From positions 30,570 to 62,569 of the forward strand of contig NZ_WOBR01000012.1 of assembly GCF_009727955.1 (NCBI RefSeq): 32,000 nucleotides of DNA, written 5' to 3'. The notes beneath the pieces are model-generated. The model did not search any database. It was not told where the DNA came from and saw only the letters and a list, made by a program, of their open reading frames with translations. Of this stretch, positions 27,957 to 32,000 are shown one piece after another. The stretch's first letter is position 1. Each line of letters starts with the position of its first letter. Made by a program: the position numbers and the translations under genes. Source of the stretch: Aliivibrio fischeri. GTDB taxonomy: Bacteria; Pseudomonadota; Gammaproteobacteria; Enterobacterales; Vibrionaceae.

Positions 27957-29327
27957 ATGACTACGCATTTTGATTATATCTGTATTGGCGGTGGTTCAGG
28001 CGGTATCGCATCAGCAAACCGTGCATCAATGTACGGTGCAAAAGTGGCACTGATCGAAGCTCAAGATCTTGGTGGTACATGTGTAAACGTAGGGTGTGTA
28101 CCTAAAAAAGTGATGTGGCACGGCGCTCAAGTTGCTGAAGCCATTAACCTATACGCTGAAGATTACGGCTTTGATGTAGAGTTAAAAGACTTCAAATGGA
28201 ACAAGATGATTGAAAGTCGCCAAGCTTACATTGGTCGTATTCATGAATCTTACGATCGCGTACTTGGTAATAACAAAGTAAACGTAATCAAAGGCTTTGC
28301 TCGCTTTGTTGAAACAGAAAGCGGTGATGCAAAAACCGTTGAAGTAAACGGTGAGCACTATACTGCGGATCATATTCTTATTGCCGTTGGCGGTCGTCCA
28401 ACAATTCCAAATATCCCTGGTGCAGAATACGGTATTGATTCAAATGGTTTCTTTGAACTGACTGAACAACCAAAACGTGTTGCGGTTATTGGTGCAGGTT
28501 ACATTGCTGTAGAAATCGCAGGCGTTCTTCACTCTCTAGGTACAGAAACTCACCTATTCTGCCGTAAAGAATCACCACTGCGTAGCTTTGACCCAATGAT
28601 CATCGATACGCTAGTTGAAGTAATGAATACCGAAGGCCCAACACTTCATACTCACTCGGTACCAAAAGAAGTAGTTAAAGAAGCAGACGGCAGCCTAACG
28701 CTTCACCTAGAAAACGGTAATACACAAAACGTTGATACGCTAATTTGGGCTATCGGTCGTCACCCAGCAACTGATGCTATCAATCTTGATAAAACTGGTG
28801 TTGCAACAAACGATCGCGGTTACATCAAAGTAGATGAATACCAAGAAACAAACGTGAAAGGCATCTACTGTGTTGGTGACATCATGGAAGGCGGTATTGA
28901 GCTGACTCCTGTAGCGGTTAAAGCAGGTCGTCAACTTTCAGAACGTCTATTCAATGGTAAAACCAATGCAAAAATGGACTACGATTTAGTTCCTACGGTT
29001 GTATTTAGCCACCCACCAATTGGTACGATTGGCTTAACAGAACAAGAAGCTGACGAACAATACGGCAAAGATAACGTGAAAGTGTACACATCAGGCTTTA
29101 CTGCAATGTACACAGCAGTAACTAAGCACCGTCAACCTTGTAAGATGAAGCTAGTCTGTGCGGGCGAAGACGAGAAAGTTGTTGGCCTACACGGTATCGG
29201 TTTCACGGTTGATGAAATGATCCAAGGTTTTGCAGTAGCAATGAAGATGGGTGCAACTAAGGCTGATTTCGATGCCGTTGTAGCTATTCACCCAACAGGT
29301 TCTGAAGAATTTGTAACGATGCGATAG
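27957..29327 (+). CDS. gor: Glutathione-disulfide reductase
   Basis: 456 aa with FAD motif GGGSGG, redox-active [13 protein letters not shown] and the C-terminal HPTGSEE motif. GGAG Shine-Dalgarno present. Confidence 0.95.
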   Translation: MTTHFDYICIGGGSGGIASANRASMYGAKVALIEAQDLGGTCVNVGCVPKKVMWHGAQVAEAINLYAEDYGFDVELKDFKWNKMIESRQAYIGRIHESYDRVLGNNKVNVIKGFARFVETESGDAKTVEVNGEHYTADHILIAVGGRPTIPNIPGAEYGIDSNGFFELTEQPKRVAVIGAGYIAVEIAGVLHSLGTETHLFCRKESPLRSFDPMIIDTLVEVMNTEGPTLHTHSVPKEVVKEADGSLTLHLENGNTQNVDTLIWAIGRHPATDAINLDKTGVATNDRGYIKVDEYQETNVKGIYCVGDIMEGGIELTPVAVKAGRQLSERLFNGKTNAKMDYDLVPTVVFSHPPIGTIGLTEQEADEQYGKDNVKVYTSGFTAMYTAVTKHRQPCKMKLVCAGEDEKVVGLHGIGFTVDEMIQGFAVAMKMGATKADFDAVVAIHPTGSEEFVTMR

Positions 29328-29351
29328 TCTGATAGTAGACTCGTTATCTAT

Positions 29352-29386
29352 AAAAAACGCCGCCAATTAACCTTGGCGGCGTTTTT
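29352..29386. terminator. Bidirectional rho-independent terminator between gor and the DsbA-like gene
   Basis: AAAAAACGCCGCCAAttaaccTTGGCGGCGTTTTT. Confidence 0.85.
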
Positions 29387-29429
29387 GTTTTATTGAATCA
29401 TGTTTAACTCAATTAAACAGTTAGTGTTA

Positions 29430-30158
29430 TTACTTACCCGATTTTTCTGCGATTTTAGCTTCAACCATTGGTGCTAATTTTTCATAAGGTAAATAACCCG
29501 GAAGAAGTTGACCATCGATCAACATAGCAGGCGTTCCTCGCACACCTAAATCCGTAAATAATTGATAGTTCTTCGCTACCATATCTTGAACTTCATCATT
29601 CGTTGATACGTACTTTTCCGCATCATTTGCTTTTGCGACCTTCATGATAGAACGCATATTGTGAATTCCCGGCTTACTTAATAAGGTCTCACTGATCTTA
29701 TTAAATTTCTCAGGCCTTTCTTTCCATACTCTTAATGCAAAGGTTGCCGAGTTAGCCGGATTTGAACCTTCTTTAAGTGGTACATAAATATTTATCACTT
29801 TAAGATCATCAGGGTGCTCATCGACCAATTTCATTAATACTGGGTCTAGCTTTTTACACCAAGGGCAACTTAAATCCGTTAATACAACAATGGTTAATTT
29901 AGGATCTTTCGCACCAAACCACGGAAGATTTGGGTTGTTGTACATATAATCATGATAATCCGCCAACGTTTTTTCATACTTACCCTGTTGATCAATATAC
30001 ATGGCCAAACTCTCATGAAGGCTATCAATAATGGTAGGGTTGGCTTTAAGCATTTTATTAATATCTTCCACTTTCTCCGATTGAGTCATTGCAGAAGCAA
30101 GAGGAGAAAATAAGCATGCCATTACCAGTGTTGTGATTAATTTCGTTTTAAATTTCAT
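29430..30158 (-). CDS. Periplasmic DsbA-family thiol:disulfide oxidoreductase with N-terminal extension (ScsC-like)
   Basis: 242 aa with a signal peptide (…FSPLASA|M), CXXC motif SCPWCKK and a cis-Pro loop GTPAML. An extension of about 70 aa precedes the thioredoxin fold. Confidence 0.7.
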   Translation of the reverse strand: MKFKTKLITTLVMACLFSPLASAMTQSEKVEDINKMLKANPTIIDSLHESLAMYIDQQGKYEKTLADYHDYMYNNPNLPWFGAKDPKLTIVVLTDLSCPWCKKLDPVLMKLVDEHPDDLKVINIYVPLKEGSNPANSATFALRVWKERPEKFNKISETLLSKPGIHNMRSIMKVAKANDAEKYVSTNDEVQDMVAKNYQLFTDLGVRGTPAMLIDGQLLPGYLPYEKLAPMVEAKIAEKSGK

Positions 30159-30182
30159 TTTTTATTGTCCGTATATATTCGT

Positions 30183-30686
30183 TTAGATAAGCCATAAGCG
30201 AGCAAGTAATCCCATCGGAGTTGTTATCCCCGTGGTGATGTTTTTTATCTCGCCTTTATCAATAATGACGATGGTTGGGGTCACTTGAATGCCCCATTCT
30301 CTTGAAATATCGCCACGCGTATCATTCATATTTTTAAAAGTGTAATCGTGAGATCTCATATAACCAGAGACTCTTCTGTCCTCTCCAGAGCTCGTACTCA
30401 CCCCAACAACTTGATAAGCATCGCTGAACCAATTAATGGTTGGTGTTACGAATCGACACGCTGCACACCACGTCGCCCAGAAATACACCACCACCGGCTT
30501 TTCTTGACTCATAGCAATAACATCAATCGCTTCACCTGTTGTGCTTATTCCTGCAAGTGCTGGCGCAGTATTAGCTGGCATATCTTTAGTTCTCCACGCA
30601 TCAACAGCAAAACTAAAAATAATGATCACCAGAAGGTAAATCAGTGCCTCTTTACCCCAGCGCTTCATTTTTTGTCTTTTCCCCAT
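30183..30686 (-). CDS. Membrane-anchored thioredoxin-like (TlpA/ScsD-like) protein
   Basis: 167 aa with an N-terminal TM (ALIYLLVIIIFSFAV), redox motif FWATWCAACR and a cis-Pro VTPTIV. TAATG junction with the upstream DsbD-like gene. Confidence 0.7.
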   Translation of the reverse strand: MGKRQKMKRWGKEALIYLLVIIIFSFAVDAWRTKDMPANTAPALAGISTTGEAIDVIAMSQEKPVVVYFWATWCAACRFVTPTINWFSDAYQVVGVSTSSGEDRRVSGYMRSHDYTFKNMNDTRGDISREWGIQVTPTIVIIDKGEIKNITTGITTPMGLLARLWLI

Positions 30687-32000
30687 TACGGTTTATTTCC
30701 TGCTTTTTTAATCGCATCCATAACGACTTTTTCATTCAAAATAACCGGAAGTTCGATACCGTTTGGCGCACTTGGGCCATAAACCACATTAAATGGCACT
30801 CCAAATCGCCCATGCTCTTGTAGGTAAGAAGTGATTTTTTCACTCGGAACCGTCCAGTCTCCCTGCATAGGTACAACATTGGCGCTGTTTAACTCGCTAT
30901 AAACCGGCTCTTGAAGCAATACTCCGATTTTGTTCGCCTTACAGGTCACACACCAATCAGCAGTAACATCAACAAAGACCACTTTTCCTTCATCCACATA
31001 TTGCTGAATAGATTCACTCGATAACGGAACCCATTTAGGCTCTTCAGGCAGTAGATCAGTTGACGTCATGCTGTCTATCACGGTGCCAAAACCAAATGCG
31101 ATAGCAAATAAGATACTTAACCAGCCTGCCGCTTTCTTACTATGAACTTGAACGGTTCGCAGCAAGATTACGCCACCCGCAATTGCTGCAATGACATAAA
31201 TCCAAAACTCTGATAGATGGTTAGAAAGTAAGTTCAGCAACCAAATGCTAGTAATGAGCATCATCGCACCAAAGAGATACTTCACCTTACTCATCCATGG
31301 GCCAGGTTTAGGTAATGAAAGAGCAATGGATGGGAAGAGGGCAACCAATATCCATGGCAAAGCCATACCAAGCGCTAACGCAGTAAAAATGCCGTACATG
31401 GTTGGGATGTTTGTTGCTAAAGCAAAAGCAACCGCAGTACCTAAGAAAGGTGCGGAGCAAGGGGTAGAAAGTAAGGTGGCAAACATACCTTGAATGAAAT
31501 GACCAAAGTACGAGTTGTTTCCTTTTGATGCGATCCAAGTGTTGGTATTTGAGGATAATCGAATTTCAAACAAGCTCAGCATATTGGCACCAAACAATGC
31601 CGTAATAAGCGTCATGACTCCAATAAACCATGCACTCTGAAATTGAATGCCCCACCCAATTGCACTGCCTGATAACTTAAGTACTACTAAGAACGAAGCC
31701 AAAAGCCAAAACGAAAAAACAATCCCACTTGCAGAGGCTAAAAACTGCAATTTAATCTGTTTTTTCTCAAGACCTTGAGCTGAAATAACACTGCTTAACT
31801 TCATTCCCAACACAGGAAAAACACAAGGCATTACGTTTAGAATCAAACCACCAAATAAAGCAAATAAGATCATTTTCAGAATAGACTGTAATCCATTGCT
31901 GCTTGTGATTATCCCATCACGAATACTTGCTGGTTGCTCTGCTATAAACTCACTGTCTTTTAAAGTAACACTGATATTTTCACCAGTTAAATCCGGCGTT
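30686..32000 (-). CDS. DsbD-family (ScsB-like) membrane thiol:disulfide electron transporter; 5' end outside the window
   Basis: TM-domain cysteines NVMPCVFPVL and LSTPCSAPFLG, and a C-terminal thioredoxin domain DWCVTCK. The frame stays open upstream of the ORF-track Met at 31873 to position 32000 (…TSSNGLQSILK-MILFALFGG), so the N-terminal periplasmic domain lies beyond the window. Confidence 0.8.
   Translation of the reverse strand, partial: TPDLTGENISVTLKDSEFIAEQPASIRDGIITSSNGLQSILKMILFALFGGLILNVMPCVFPVLGMKLSSVISAQGLEKKQIKLQFLASASGIVFSFWLLASFLVVLKLSGSAIGWGIQFQSAWFIGVMTLITALFGANMLSLFEIRLSSNTNTWIASKGNNSYFGHFIQGMFATLLSTPCSAPFLGTAVAFALATNIPTMYGIFTALALGMALPWILVALFPSIALSLPKPGPWMSKVKYLFGAMMLITSIWLLNLLSNHLSEFWIYVIAAIAGGVILLRTVQVHSKKAAGWLSILFAIAFGFGTVIDSMTSTDLLPEEPKWVPLSSESIQQYVDEGKVVFVDVTADWCVTCKANKIGVLLQEPVYSELNSANVVPMQGDWTVPSEKITSYLQEHGRFGVPFNVVYGPSAPNGIELPVILNEKVVMDAIKKAGNKP

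Noticed and set aside
1804-31493. Numerous 60-144 aa ORFs in the track that lie antisense to, or nested within, the genes called above. Examples: 1804-2139, 6453-6830, 8350-8661, 9151-9486, 9850-10197, 10341-10619, 20642-21028, 23474-23746, 25504-25767, 30348-30782, 31245-31493.
   Set aside because: Each lies entirely inside a longer ORF with a clear, motif-supported identity on the other strand or frame. Their translations are low-complexity or Ser/Leu/Arg-rich, as expected for shadow frames, and I saw no Shine-Dalgarno support.

Overview
Ordinary, syntenic core-chromosome region of an AT-rich gammaproteobacterium. Protein sequences and the gene order gspC-N / hslR-hslO / pckA fit a Vibrionaceae genome best (inference). 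Minus strand 1-10894 carries a complete 12-gene type II secretion operon, gspCDEFGHIJKLMN, with gspN cut by the left window edge. Next come hslR-hslO (heat shock), pckA, an AsmA-like membrane protein, an EAL+HDOD c-di-GMP protein and pldB-yigL. These are followed by the minus-strand cluster lptM-lysA-dapF-yigA-xerC, then cyaY, prlC, rlmJ and gor. A ScsB/ScsD/ScsC-like periplasmic thiol-redox cluster runs off the right edge. I saw no rRNA, tRNA, CRISPR, transposase, prophage or defence genes. I do not find a convincing novel multi-gene system: every long ORF on the coding strands has a recognisable housekeeping identity. The leads worth a second look are all small-scale. (1) Two copies of an unannotated imperfect-palindromic intergenic element (24581-24725, 27768-27874); one copy carries a perfect (GATTCAG)x7 microsatellite. 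(2) A G8 homopolymer inside gspM. (3) A 39-aa LptM-like lipoprotein gene missing from the ORF track. (4) An orphan minus-strand terminator-like hairpin between the EAL gene and pldB. (5) A terminator-like hairpin wedged between lysA and dapF. (6) A 12-bp perfect inverted repeat upstream of pckA. All functional calls come from reading the translations and motifs by eye; no database search was run.
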